From positions 63,798,001 through 63,862,000 of the forward strand of contig NW_025964112.1 in NCBI RefSeq assembly GCF_023055435.1: 64,000 bases of DNA. The letters run 5' to 3'. Each line of letters opens with the position of its first letter. Position 1 is the first letter of the stretch. The DNA is from Haliotis rufescens. Its lineage: Eukaryota. Positions 25,646 to 38,181 of this stretch are shown piece after piece. A model generated the notes under the pieces. It saw only the letters and a program-made list of their open reading frames with translations. It searched no databases and was not told the origin of the DNA. The translations under genes were made by a program, and so were the position numbers.

Positions 25646-28600
25646 GTACGCAACGCCATTAGTCACATATCGATCAAATTAAAAAAGCGATATTTCCGTG
25701 TTCTTAGACATAATGGTATTTTTGACAGTTTCCCTTTCCGAAAACCAAAATCCGAACATGGACTATCTAGCTGTTCCGAATTACGGTGTTTAACTATACC
25801 GATTCGAAAATGCCAACGTTGATTGACCGAGTGATTTTATTTCCATTTCACTCCGTGTTTTAGACCTCACTGCCAGTCACTTGTCTTGCTGCGTGAACTG
25901 CGTGAACACCTGATATGAAGTTAATATCAAAGGTTTTGTTGTGAATATTATATATACATATATATCTGATTTCTGCGGTATACATTCTTTCAGTTAGCCT
26001 TTAATGTTGTAAATGAATCACAAGAATAACAACCAGGATATATCCAGAAAGTGAAATGACATGCGGGGATTTCTGTTAAAAACTAGACATTATTCAAACA
26101 GATGAATGTTTGTTGTTGGTTGCTTTTTTTAAAGTATGTTAACAGATCTTTGTTAAAGGGGCACTAATCTCTGGCTTCTTCTCAGCTGTCTAACACTGCC
26201 CTCTTGGGCTCACTAGCTGCTGTGAGTCGATTTGCTACCGCTGTAAGGACAGTGTAAATAAACTTTGTGGCAATATCTGTTTTATGCATTTTTTGATGCT
26301 GATTGGTTACCCGTGATGTATGAAGATTTTGAAAAAGGGCGCATGTTAATTAATTTCTTCAGTCTAAACAAACAGACAAAAAGAACGGTGGAAGCTCATC
26401 GGATGTTCTTATTTGGAAATGCCCCTGATGGTTATAGTTTAATAATAATAAAACGTATCCCTGAAGTGAAAGCATTTTTTGGATATCTTTGTTTAGCGGT
26501 AGTGAGAACTGAGATCTGATATTAATGAGATTGGGAAATCTCACGCTTTCATTTTGAGAAACAGTGACGAATATGTTATGAATACAAAGTAAAAGTGTTC
26601 ATTCCCTTAAGCACAGTCAGTCTGTGACTGAAGCCACTTGTCCGAAGACTGAGCCTAGTAAAATTCTGTTAAGTTTCATTAGGTCAGAAAGTAAGGGTTT
26701 TTGGGACAGACTGCTATATGCCTACTCACAATTTGCCAAGTTGGTTAAATAATCACAGACTAATTATACTCAATAATTGTTCATTATTGTTAAACAGCCG
26801 AAGTGTGGATGATAACCAGTTCATCCCTATCCTGCACCAGTGGTGTGTTCTGAATATATTTGCAGTTTAACAGGTGTTCATGCTTCCACTAGCACTGTGC
26901 CCTAAGATCGTAAACAGGGGCCAAACAGTTAGGATAGTAAAACTGGACAAATTGTGAATACATTACCCTAAATTTCATTTTAACTTGTCTTTAAGAAAAA
27001 CTATATTTGCATTGATACCTGAACATTTACCAATCTATAAACATATGAAAAGAAGCTTGAAGTAAAGATCAAGCAACAAGACAGTGGCTTTATCAACTTG
27101 TTGGTTAGAGTGTTTTGATAATGCTTATAAATGTCTAATTTATTGAGAGCTTAATGATAAAGAATAGATGATTAATTTTAAATACATGTTGAAGACATTT
27201 TGGTCATTGTGGGTTGATCAATGAAGATATGATGTTCAGAGAAAATATAATATGTATACAAGTATAGAGTATATATCATATTCCATATACATAAATGCAG
27301 AGGTTCTATGAACCCTTGGGCTCAGGTCCAGATGGCTCAGTCAAGCTCCCTCATCAGGTCTGCTCTGGCAAATATGTACCTTGCACAGCAATATGGGCTG
27401 AGTGTGGAAGATATTGTTTACATGTTTTGTTTGTTTGTTGTTTAACAAGGCAACTCAACAATATTCCAACTATATGACGGCGGTCTGTAAATAATCAAGT
27501 CTGGACCAGACAATCCAGCAGAGCTCCAGATAAGCTTTTGGTGTTGTGGGTATTTTACCCATGCATTTTAAAATCATTGGGTATCAGTTATTCTATCTGC
27601 GTATTCAAATTTCTGTTACCCACTAGTTTTTACACATGTGGGTATTTAAGTTAAATATTTAAAAACACTATTCATCTAGTCCCTGCAAACTGGTGTCGTG
27701 TGGGTTCGAGAGCTTTATAGGTCTCAAAAATACCACGATACTTCCACACGAAAGTGTGATGGCAAATGATCATGATGTGACTGTCATCGTGGAGTTTGGC
27801 AAGGTTGACGGAATGCCCGTTTATAATTTCAAAATAAGTTGCTGATTTGCTAATCGAATACGCAGGGTTACTTCACAATATTTTGATGATACACACAAAT
27901 TTTATTTTTGTAGCGTATCTGTAATGTTCGTTGCGTATTTGATACGCTTGGATTATATTTTACTGCGTATATCTGCATTTCTGATGCGTATTTCACGCAG
28001 ATACGCAGCTTATCTGGAGCTCTGCAATCCAGTGATTGACATCATGAGCATTGATCCATGCAAATGGGATACGATTTGTTTACATGTGGATTATCATATG
28101 GAGTGAAGACCGCCTCCATGGTCTAGTGGTAGAGCGTCCGCCCGGAGAGCGGAAGGTCCAGGGTTCGATCCCGGGCCGCGTCATACAAAAAGACGTTAAA
28201 AGATTGTACTTGTTGTTACCCTGTCTTGCGCTCGGCATTAAGGGGCTAAAACAAGGACTGGTCGGCTCGGAGTCAGTATACTGTGTCTGAGTGGGGTATT
28301 CATGTTAAACTGCGGCATGGTATCTCAGTGAGCTAGCACTATAAATCGGCATCAGTCCGGACTAGTACAAGCAGCCACACACACACATACACGTGCATGC
28401 ACGTCGCTATATAAGTGCAATAATCTTGGACGCGACGTAAAACCCAATTTCACCTCACCTGACCTCATATGGAGTGAAGTGTGTTAAATTCTGGTGTACG
28501 CTTATAAGTGTTATTTGTAAATGAAGAAGCTGGATCAGTGTGGAAAAATTACTTTGGTAACTCGTGTTGCTGTAAATAACAGTGAGTTTTGCGATCTACC

Positions 28601-31600
28601 GATCACTTCACACACGATTTCAACGAAATTTATGTCACGATATTGAATGAAATTTTGAATAAAATAAGTCAAATATATTACAAACATAAGTCCGGATATC
28701 AATGAACATGTTTATATAACCGTTCGTGTAATAAAAGGATTAACTGGTGTACTTCAGTTCGGATTTGTTAACTGGTATTTCTGGTGTTGCATGCTCATGG
28801 TGATCATCTGGTAATGTTTTTTCACAATGGAGAAAAATCAATGTGTCAGTGTGAAACTTGAGTTTATTTAAAATGTATGGGAATTTAGGGAGCCATGCTT
28901 TACCACACGCTATGACTGAGTTAGCGCTTTAGGCAACAATGCAGTTTACCAGGCTCAGCCCGAGCTCTACCATCCGCTCAATTACCGCGCTATAGTGCCA
29001 CCGCTGTCTCGTTATACCGTTACCGTGCCTCACGCTCTGGTGACTCTCCCTTCACGATCCAACACCCATTCTCGGTCTTAGGGAAACTTACACATCTTTA
29101 TGATCTAACACCCGTTCTCGGTCTTAGGGAAACTTACACGTCTTTACGATCCAAAACCCCTTTTCGGTCTTAGGGAAACTTACACGTCTTTACGATCCAA
29201 AACCCCTTTTCTGTTAGCCATAAATTCTTACCTTTTCAAGCGTTAATCCGGTTAATTCCATTGGTCGGTCATGTTGACATAAACAATTGCGGGTGTGGTT
29301 TCAAGAAAAGATGAATGGGAGAGCGGACCGTGATGTCACACGCATGCGCAATTCATTGTTTACTGAATTACGCATGCATGTCAATGGGGATTCTAATGAC
29401 CCGTTAAACGAGCACTGATTACATGTGATAGCGCCTGTGGTCCAGTGGTAGAGCGTCAGCTAATTAACGCATTAATTAGCAGAGACGGTGAGCCGGCGAA
29501 GCGCGTTTGAGCCCCCACAGCGCTAATTGGATCTGAAAAAGTGCGCCCGGTAAAGTGCACTACTCCCGCGCTTTATTTGCCTGGGCAATAGCAAAGGAAC
29601 CCGGTATTACAAATAATATACTACTCAAAAGAAGTTAAAGAACACCTGATTTATTGGCATGACAGATTAACTATAATCATATGAAAAATTGGGTGTTCTT
29701 TAATTTCTTCTGAATAGGATATATTACACTCTGTTACAAATTCATTTAATAGCACTGTTATGGTGACCGTGTTTACTGAAGTTTCTGTTATTAGAGAAAA
29801 TGTTATGTTCTTAAACTACTGGGAGGATTATGGAACAAGTTTCAAGAGGGGGTCCTTTTGTTATCAGGCTGCAACTTTATCCATTACCCTGAAGCCTGAA
29901 ACGAACTAAATTCCTCAGTCAAGTAAGCTATAGCTTATAAAGTCCTTGATATCAACAGTAAAATCTACTTAAAATGGTCCCAAAATAATAGTTCAGGTCA
30001 GTAGATATGAGTCTTTTAGCACAGTCTGTCTGATGGTTAAAAAACACAAAAAGTGTTATTGCCCCAGAAATCTATTTCAGACTTTGATTTTGAGATAGTG
30101 ATGTAAAATAAAACAAACTAGATGTATCATGTAGCCTTTTGTCTATGTTTCAGAGATATCATGACCATCAACTGTGTTTCAGAGATATCATGACCATCAA
30201 CTATGTTTCAGAGATAGCATCACAATCAACTATGTTTCAGAGATAGCATGACCATCTACTATGTTTCAGAGATATCATGACCATCTACTATGTTTCAGAG
30301 ATATCATGACCATCTACATCTATGTACTATGTTTCAGAGATATCATGACCATCTACATCTATGTACTATGTTTCAGAGATAGCATAACCATCTACATCTA
30401 TGTACTACGTTTCAGAGATAGCATGACCATCTACATCTATGTACTATGTTTCAGAGATATCATGACCATCTACATCTATGTACTATGTTTCAGAGATATC
30501 ATGACCATCAACTATGTTTCAGAGATAACATCACAATCAACTATGTTTCAGAGATATCATGACCATCAACTATGTTTCAGAGATATCATGACCATCAACT
30601 GTGTTTCAGAGATAGCATCACAATCAACTATGTTTCAGAGATAGCATCACAATCAACTATGTTTCAGAGATATCATGACCATCAACTATGTTTCAGAGAT
30701 ATCATGACCATCAACTATGTTTCAGAGATATCATGACCAACTATGTTTCAGAGATAGCATGACCATCAATTATGTTTCAGAGATACCATGACCATCTACT
30801 ATGTTTCAGAGATGTCATGACCATCTACTATGTTTCAGAGATATCATGACCATCTACATCTATGTACTATGTTTCAGAGATATCATGACCATCTACATCT
30901 ATGTACTATGTTTCAGAGATAGCATAACCATCTACATCTATGTACTACGTTTCAGAGATAGCATGACCATCTACATCTATGTACTATGTTTCAGAGATAT
31001 CATGACCATCTACATCTATGTACTATGTTTCAGAGATATCATGACCATCTACTATGTTTCAGAGATATCATGACCATCTACTATGTTTCAGAGATAGCAT
31101 GACCATCTACTATGTTTCAGAGATATCATGACCATCTACAACGAGCCGCCGCCGGGGATGTGCATTGTGCCTGACAAGGAGGACATCACAAAGGTACTGC
31201 CTGGTACATGCATGTGTCTCCACCCACATGGGCTGGATGTCTGAAATGTTGGATTTCCATGATGATAGGCAGTAACTAGCCCCTGCTTTATGCTTTTCTT
31301 AACCTATTATTTACCTAGCCCAGACTCAATTATTTGAGGATCAACGAGATATGGCATGGAATATTGCTAAGTGCCATATAAAATAACAAACCAACAAACA
31401 TTTATATGCCATTCGACATACCAAAAGACGTTAAAAGATGGTACTTGTTGTTACCCTGTCTGGTGCTTGGCATTAAGGGGCTAAAACAGGCACTGGTCGG
31501 CTCAGAGTCAGTATACTGTGTCTGAGTGGGGTATTCAGTCCGAACTAGTACAATCAGCCACATACACACTAACACATGCATGCACATCGCTACATAAATG

Positions 31601-34600
31601 CAATAATCTTGAACATGACGTTAAACCCCATTTCACCTCACCTCACACCTGTTATGTAACTGTAAATGTGCAACTAATGCATAAAACCATTCACCACATC
31701 CACTCATCCACTCACTCTGCAAATTCTCACATTTTCTTTGCAGTATGTATGTCATAAGTGATGGTAAGTTAAAGAGTTTCCAATGTGTTCTTGTAGATCC
31801 ATGCCTTGATAACTGGCCCGTTCGACACCCCATATGAAGGAGGGTTCTTCTACTTCCTCATCCGTTGTCCCCCAGACTACCCCATCCACCCGCCCCGGGT
31901 GAAGCTCATGACAACGGGGGACGGGCGTGTTCGATTCAACCCTAACCTCTACAAGAATGGGAAAGTGTGCCTTAGTATCATCGGGTACGGTATTCCACTG
32001 TCACAGTAACAATGAATGAACTGCACTTGTCATGTTGGTGGTATTGTTTTAGTTTAACTGGAACAACTTGTTTGGTGCTAATGTCAAGGTGTGTTGGGTG
32101 TCCATAAGTGGTAAGCGGATCGGGGGGGGGGGGGGGGGGGGGGGGGCCTTTTAAAAATTTAAAACCAAATGTAATATGTTGTAGACCCTCCCCCACTTAG
32201 AGGGTTTTGATATTTTGAACCCCTCCCCTTCAAAAATGCTGGATCCGCCCTTTGACTTTTGTTAACTTATGGGTTCTCATTCTCTCTTTCAGAGTGAAAC
32301 TAGTAAATGAATAGAAGTCAGTCAGTTCCATGTGCTTGTTGTAAGAGCTGACTAAAATCAGGTGGCTACAGTGTATCAGCCTGTATAGCGTATGATGTTA
32401 ATGCTGTGGTATTATATCATTGGTCTGCCTGGCTGAGACTCTATTCTTTACAGGCTGTCAGGATGTAACTGCTATATTGCTGTGTGGTAAACAACCTTCT
32501 GTTGACTCACTCACTCACTCAGAGTATGCTTATGTGATAACACTAGTTATCCCCCGCAGAACATGGTCTGGCCCTGCCTGGAGCCCCGCCCAGAGCCTGT
32601 CCACAGTTCTCATATCAATCCAGTCTCTGCTCAACGAGAAGCCCTACCACAACGAACCTGGATTTGAAAGGGTAACTATGTGTAACGATTCATGGATACG
32701 TAGGTACAGATGATACTAACCCCAATCATTAGTTTGTGAGATCGTGATGCACTATAAATAGAACAGGAATTACCTTCCATAATGACAGACAGTAGCATAG
32801 AGTAACTGGTAAACATTGCACACCACGAGGACATGGTGGCAGAGGACTCATCCATTATCTATTACATATAATAACTATCCCTTTTTTAAAAACTGTTTTG
32901 TTCTTGTTTCTTGTTGAGACAGGTGTTTGTTTTTGAGATAATAATAAATCAATATTTAGCAAAAGCTTGTGTTGTGTTCAGTTGTGTTTCAGTGATTTCA
33001 TTATTTTGTACTATTTGTTGTGATGTATTGGGACCAGCCCTTATAATGATACATATCATATCGTGAAATATCAGGTGACACTCAGCTCTACTGGTGGACC
33101 CACAGATGAATTTAGTACCCTTAACATGTTGTTGTCTTATGAACAAACTAAGTGGGTAGGTTGTATATCATGCATGTTCTATGTTCAGGAAAGGAATGCA
33201 GGTGACGCCAAGCGATACAACGAGATCATCTGTCACGAGACACTGCGTGTGGCAGTGTGCGACATGCTGGACGATCACTCCGTCTGTCCCTCTGCCCTCA
33301 AGTAAGACATTATACTCATCATTTAATGGTACAGATACTTAGAAGATTGAATTTGATTTTTTTTTTATATTCATGCCTTAGTTACTGTTTTTACAACTTT
33401 TCGTCCCCCAATACTTAAAGGTAGTTAGGATAAATATCCCTGCCTAAATTTAAGTAACCAAAAAATGACTAAACTTAATTATCTATCATACATATTGCCA
33501 TTTGTGTTCAGTAGACGTCCACCTGTCTGGGGTTAATGTTTGTGGATGTAGTCTATCCTATTGTTTTGCTTGAGTGAGTGAGGGAGCACAAACATAGTCA
33601 AACTGTCAGTGTAACTGTATATAATGAGATAAGTGGTATCTTCCTTCCTGGGTAAGTGAGGGCGTAAATTTGTCAACACAGGCCTTCTAATGCTACTGCG
33701 CATGTGATTAATGTAGGGTTGGATTAAGGTGAGGATTCGCCTGTAAATTGACAGAGGAAATTTTCTTTAGATATAAATCCACTGATGCTTGAGAGGAGGG
33801 GAGTTGTCGCATTCATATTGAGTCGCACTTTTGGCTAGGGGCCAGTGGTCGCATTCTTTTGGAGATGCATTAATTTAAAGATTTACAGTAATTGTGAAGA
33901 GTTATCTCCCTTTGTTCCCTTACCTCAATGGCCCCTTGTGTCAGAACCATAGTCCCATTGTTCTTACTTGATTTCAACATACAAGACAAGCTTGTGAAAG
34001 GCAACACTTGTACATTGCTTGCAAAAGGCAACACTTTTGCTTTGCTTGTGAAAGGCAACACTTTTGCTTTGCTTGTGAAAGGAAACACTTTTGCTTTGCT
34101 TGTAAAAGGCAACACTTTTGCTTTGCTTGTGAAAGGCAACACTTTTGCTTTGCTTGTGAAAGGCAACACTTGTACATTGCTTGCAAAAGGCAACACTTTT
34201 GCTTTGCTTGTAAAAGGCAACACTTTTGCTTTGCTTGTAAAAGGCAACACTTTTGCTTTGCATGTAAAAGGCAACACTTTTGCTTTGCATGTAAAAGGCA
34301 ACACTTTTGCTTTGCTTGTGAAAGGCAACACTTTTGCTTTTCTTGTAAAAGGCAACACTTTTGCTTTTCTTGTGAAAGGCAACACTTTTGCTTTTCTTGT
34401 GAAAGGCAACACTTTTGCTTTGCTTGTAAAAGGCAACACTTTTGCTTTGCTTGTGAAAGGCAACACTTTTGCTTTGCTTGTGAAAGGCAACACTTTTGCT
34501 TTGCTTGTAAAAGGCAACACTTTTGCTTTGCTTGTGAAAGGCAACACTTGTGGTATGCTTGCAAAAGGCAACACTTTTGCTTTGCTTGTGAAAGGCAACA

Positions 34601-36929
34601 CTTTTGCTTTTCTTGTGAAAGGCAACACTTTTGCTTTTCTTGTAAAAGGCAACACTTGTGGTATGCTTGTGAAAGGCAACACTTTTGCTTTGCTTGTGAA
34701 AGGCAACACTTTTGCTTTTCTTGTGAAAGGCAACACTTTTGCTTTGCTTGTGAAAGGCAACACTTTTGCTTTTCTTGTAAAAGGCAACACTTGTGGTATG
34801 CTTGTGAAAGGCAACACTTTTGCTTTGCTTGTGAAAGGCAACACTTTTGCTTTTCTTGTGAAAGGCAACACTTTTGCTTTGCTTGTGAAAGGCAACACTT
34901 TTGCTTTTCTTGTAAAAGGCAACACTTTTGCTTTGCTTGTGAAAGGCAACACTTTTGCTTTTCTTGTGAAAGGCAACACTTTTGCTTTTCTTGTGAAAGG
35001 CAACACTTTTGCTTTTCTTGTAAAAGGCAACACTTGTGGTATGCTTGTGAAAGGCAACACTTTTGCTTTGCTTGTGAAAGGCAACACTTTTGCTTTGCTT
35101 GTGAAAGGCAACACTTTTGCTTTGCTTGTGAAAGGCAACACTTTTGCTTTGCTTGTGAAAGGCAACACTTTTGCTTTGCTTGTGAAAGGCAACACTTTTG
35201 CTTTTCTTGTAAAAGGCAACACTTGTGGTATGCTTGTGAAAGGCAACACTTTTGCTTTGCTTGTGAAAGGCAACACTTTTGCTTTTCTTGTGAAAGGCAA
35301 CACTTTTGCTTTGCTTGTGAAAGGCAACACTTTTGCTTTGCATGTGAAAGGCAACACTTGTGGTATGCTTGTGAAAGGCAGCACTTTTGCTTTGCTTGTG
35401 AAAGGCAACACTTTTGCTTTGCTTGTGAAAGGCAACACTTTTGCTTTTCTTGTAAAAGGCAACACTTGTGGTATGCTTGTGAAAGGCAACACTTTTGCTT
35501 TGCTTGTGAAAGGCAACACTTTTGCTTTGCTTGTGAAAGGCAACACTTTTGCTTTGCTTGTAAAAGGCAACACTTTTCTTTTCTTGTGTAAGGCAACACT
35601 TGCACTGTTTCCTGTTTGAGAATTTACATGGCTCTGAAGATATTGACACTGCATCAGATGTGTAAGTACAGCCAGTGTACATGTGTATAGTTGCTGTATT
35701 TCCAGAACATAAAGTATCTCAACTGCTTTTGTGTGAAATGTCTAAATTTTCCAAAATTTCCATTATGTCTGCAGGGAGGTGATGGAGAAGTCGTTCCCAA
35801 CGTACTACGACTACTACGAGTCCATCTGCACCAAGTACAGCCACCAGCAGGGGCAGACAATGCAGGTCAGTGACATGCAGCTTCCAACACAGATATTCAA
35901 ACTCTGTGTCTGAAGGAGGTCACAGGTAGCCAAGTCTTCCGAGGCACCACATCTCATGTAGACACAATGGTGTAGTTACATGCATGCTCATACTACAGCC
36001 ACTAGTATGCTTCAGACAAATCCCTGAGCTGTTTAGTTAGCCTGTATTCATTCTCAGTGTACTGGTAGTTGCATATTGAACTGGTGTTTAGCAGGTTTTG
36101 TCATCCAAACCGTGAAGATCTGGGGTAGAATAGGTCTTCAGCAACCCATGCTTGCCGTAAAAGGCGACTATGCTTGTCATAAAAGGCGACTAACGGGATT
36201 GGGTGGTCAGGCTCGCTGACCTTATTGATGCATATCTTCGATCCATATTGCATAGATCGATGCTCATGTTGTCAATCAATGGATTGTCTGGTCCAGACTC
36301 AATTACTAACAGACCGCCGTCATGTAGTTGGAATATTGCTGAGTGCGGCGTAAAACAACAAACAAACAAACAAACAAAATATCATCCAAACCTGGCCTCC
36401 ACAGGGTATAGTGCTTGGGTGACATCAAGCAAACCCAACTGGGGATACTGCTGCAATGAAATTACATCCCAATGCTTTGCAGACCATTGTGACGTCACGG
36501 CAACTGATATCACTGATCTCTCTGCTGCTGAAGCTGGTTAGCAGTACATTTTACACATGAGACACTGCTTATTACGGTTTACAAATTTAACAAGTTGGAA
36601 AAATGATTTTGTATGTTAAATAGAATGATGCCCTTGTTTCGTTTGATATGAAATATATCAACACTTGCAGACTCAGATTTTTAACTTTTATCGACTCATG
36701 TACATATATTTGATATCAAAAGACACTAGAGATTATAATACTCAACTATATTGATGTACATCTTTTACAGGATCCATTTGGAGAAAGGAGGGGGATATTT
36801 GACTACCAAGGCATAAAGAAAAGACTGGATGTGATAAAAGCTAAGCTTGATGAAAACTTGGACAATTCCTCGGATAACGACGACCTCTCTGATTCAGAAA
36901 CTGAGACAGCCCCTGCATCCCAGAGCTGA
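25503..36929 (+). CDS. UBE2Z: Ubiquitin-conjugating enzyme E2 Z (USE1), 7 exons, about 292 aa
   Basis: Exons 25503-25645, 31121-31193, 31797-31984, 32560-32671, 33189-33301, 35775-35865, 36771-36929 join in frame: [138 protein letters not shown]. Confidence 0.96.
27519..28024. mobile_element. hAT-type MITE inserted into a family B SINE
   Basis: Perfect 17-bp TIR CAGAGCTCCAGATAAGC and 8-bp TSD CAATCCAG (27511-27518 / 28025-28032); SINE B sequence resumes after it. Confidence 0.93.
28108..28464 (+). mobile_element. SINE family D (tRNA head plus V-SINE-like core), full length
   Basis: A box TGGTCTAGTGG, B box GGTTCGATCC, core GTCATAC.AAAGAC.TTAAAA..GTAC.TG.TG..CCCTG..TGGCGCTCGGCATTAAGGG resembling the V domain, (CACCT)n tail, TSD TCATATGGAGTGAAG. 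Confidence 0.9.
29055..29210. repeat. About 46-bp tandem repeat, 3-4 copies
   Basis: TCGGTCTTAGGGAAACTTACAC.TCTTTA.GATC repeated. Confidence 0.85.
30143..31139 (+). repeat. 29/39-bp minisatellite made of the UBE2Z intron-1/exon-2 junction, about 31 copies
   Basis: Unit TATGTTTCAG|AGATATCATGACCATCTAC. Confidence 0.97.
31121..31193 (+). CDS. UBE2Z: UBE2Z coding exon 2
   Basis: Last TTTCAG| of the tandem array; [24 protein letters not shown]|GTACTG. Confidence 0.9.
31797..31984 (+). CDS. UBE2Z: UBE2Z coding exon 3 (catalytic Cys)
   Basis: TTGTAG|ATC...GG|GTACGG; [13 protein letters not shown]. Confidence 0.95.
32113..32252. mobile_element. Small GCGGATC..GATCCGC TIR MITE remnant with poly-G
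   Basis: GCGGATC(G)n ... CCCCT..CTGGATCCGCCC. Confidence 0.55.
32560..32671 (+). CDS. UBE2Z: UBE2Z coding exon 4
   Basis: CCGCAG|A...AGG|GTAACT; [14 protein letters not shown]. Confidence 0.95.
33189..33301 (+). CDS. UBE2Z: UBE2Z coding exon 5
   Basis: TTCAG|GAA...AA|GTAAGA; [18 protein letters not shown]. Confidence 0.93.
33990..35605. repeat. 27-bp minisatellite in UBE2Z intron 5, about 59 copies
   Basis: Unit GCTTGTGAAAGGCAACACTTTTGCTTT with periodic TGTGGTAT variant. Confidence 0.98.
35775..35865 (+). CDS. UBE2Z: UBE2Z coding exon 6
   Basis: TGCAG|G...CAG|GTCAGT; [18 protein letters not shown]. Confidence 0.93.
36109..36379 (+). mobile_element. SINE-like family B, full length
   Basis: CCGTGAAGATC...GGTCCAGACTC...GGAATATTGCTGAGTGCGGCG(AAAC)n; TSD TCATCCAAAC. 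Confidence 0.9.
36771..36929 (+). CDS. UBE2Z: UBE2Z coding exon 7
   Basis: TTTTACAG|GAT; [12 protein letters not shown]..acidic tail..TGA. Confidence 0.92.
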   Translation, partial: DPFGERRGIFDYQGIKKRLDVIKAKLDENLDNSSDNDDLSDSETETAPASQS

Positions 36930-37306
36930 CATCCTACACAACTGTGCTAGTGACACTTTAAATGTGTGTGTGTGTATGTGCCATTGTAGCTCCAGAAGAT
37001 CATATGACCCTACAGGACCAATGAGCGTGTCTGGTCTGCAGGCTTGACCAATCAGCTTCCACCTACACTTAAGCCCTGTATCTGGCACAGTAATAATGGC
37101 CAGCACCTGACACTGACAGGGACACACTGACCGTGTTGAGTGTCGGAGTGGTCAAGTCACACACAGCCAATGAGCTTTCAGTCACACTTGTACTGACGTG
37201 TGTCTACAGCTGAGATATGTTTGAACAATGTCAAAAACAAGCTGACAAGTGTTTCATTTTAAACAGCCATAGGGCTTTCATTTCTATTTGGACAAGGAGG
37301 TGGAAA

Positions 37307-37408
37307 TATGATGATGATGATGATGATGATGTTGAAATATGATGATGGTGTTGAAAGATGATGATGATGATGGTGTTGAAATATGATGATGATGATGATG
37401 ATGATGAT
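37307..37408. repeat. Interrupted (GAT)n microsatellite downstream of the UBE2Z stop
   Basis: GAT runs separated by GGTGTTGAAA. Confidence 0.9.
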
Positions 37409-38181
37409 TGTATCATTGACGAGTTCAGTCCGCCTGAACGAAGAGTTGTCCTACATGTTCCATAGGTTGGGACCACAGTTGTTGTAGAGAGTTTTTGGAA
37501 CGAACGATCAAAGATCAATGGAAAACATAGGGAAAATGATATACTGACACACTTTGAAAACACATAATCAACTTTAAAATGAAATCAGAAAAATTTGTTT
37601 TTGTGTTTAAGTCCATCACCAAACACACTGAATGAGATTCTAACCCATACAGCAAAGTTGTGTTTAATTATCTATAAAAACCCAGAACAACTTCATTTAC
37701 TTTTTGTGGCCATTCTGCCAAATTTTACAAAATTTGAATATGCCTTTTTAAGAGTGTTTCAGAATGTGTCATCTTTTGCATCAGTTGAATGATGAAGACT
37801 GATGACTGTGAAAAGGTTCTCCTAAACCTGGTTGTGGTGTAGAACGATCATCTTACATACATCTGTTCACATCAAGTATTGCTGAAATAACAGATGAGAC
37901 ATATTTAATGTTGTTATGTTTGGGTTTGGATATGTCATAAATGTTTAATCCATGTTTGTATCAATACCTTCATGATATGAAGAACAGATTAACTTGACTG
38001 TTAGGCTACAGTTCATGTAATGTTGGCAGAGTTGAGTGTTCACTACTTCACGCATGTTATGTGGCCATAGAACTAGGATGGTCAGTGTAATCACCTAGTT
38101 CATGACAATGATTAATGATCAGATATGAGTATTCATGGAGCTAATAGTGTATGATATTGCCAAATTTTCAGCATCTTCCCG

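Noticed and set aside
30143-31139. CRISPR-like appearance of the regular repeats (this and other arrays)
   Set aside because: No unique spacers, no cas genes, eukaryotic intron context.
33870-35682. Five overlapping ORFs of 527-594 aa
   Set aside because: Translations of a 27-bp stop-poor minisatellite inside UBE2Z intron 5; not coding evidence.
37798-37820. Hammerhead-like CTGATGA..GAAA (also about 42980)
   Set aside because: No supporting stems I-III or cleavage triplet could be built.
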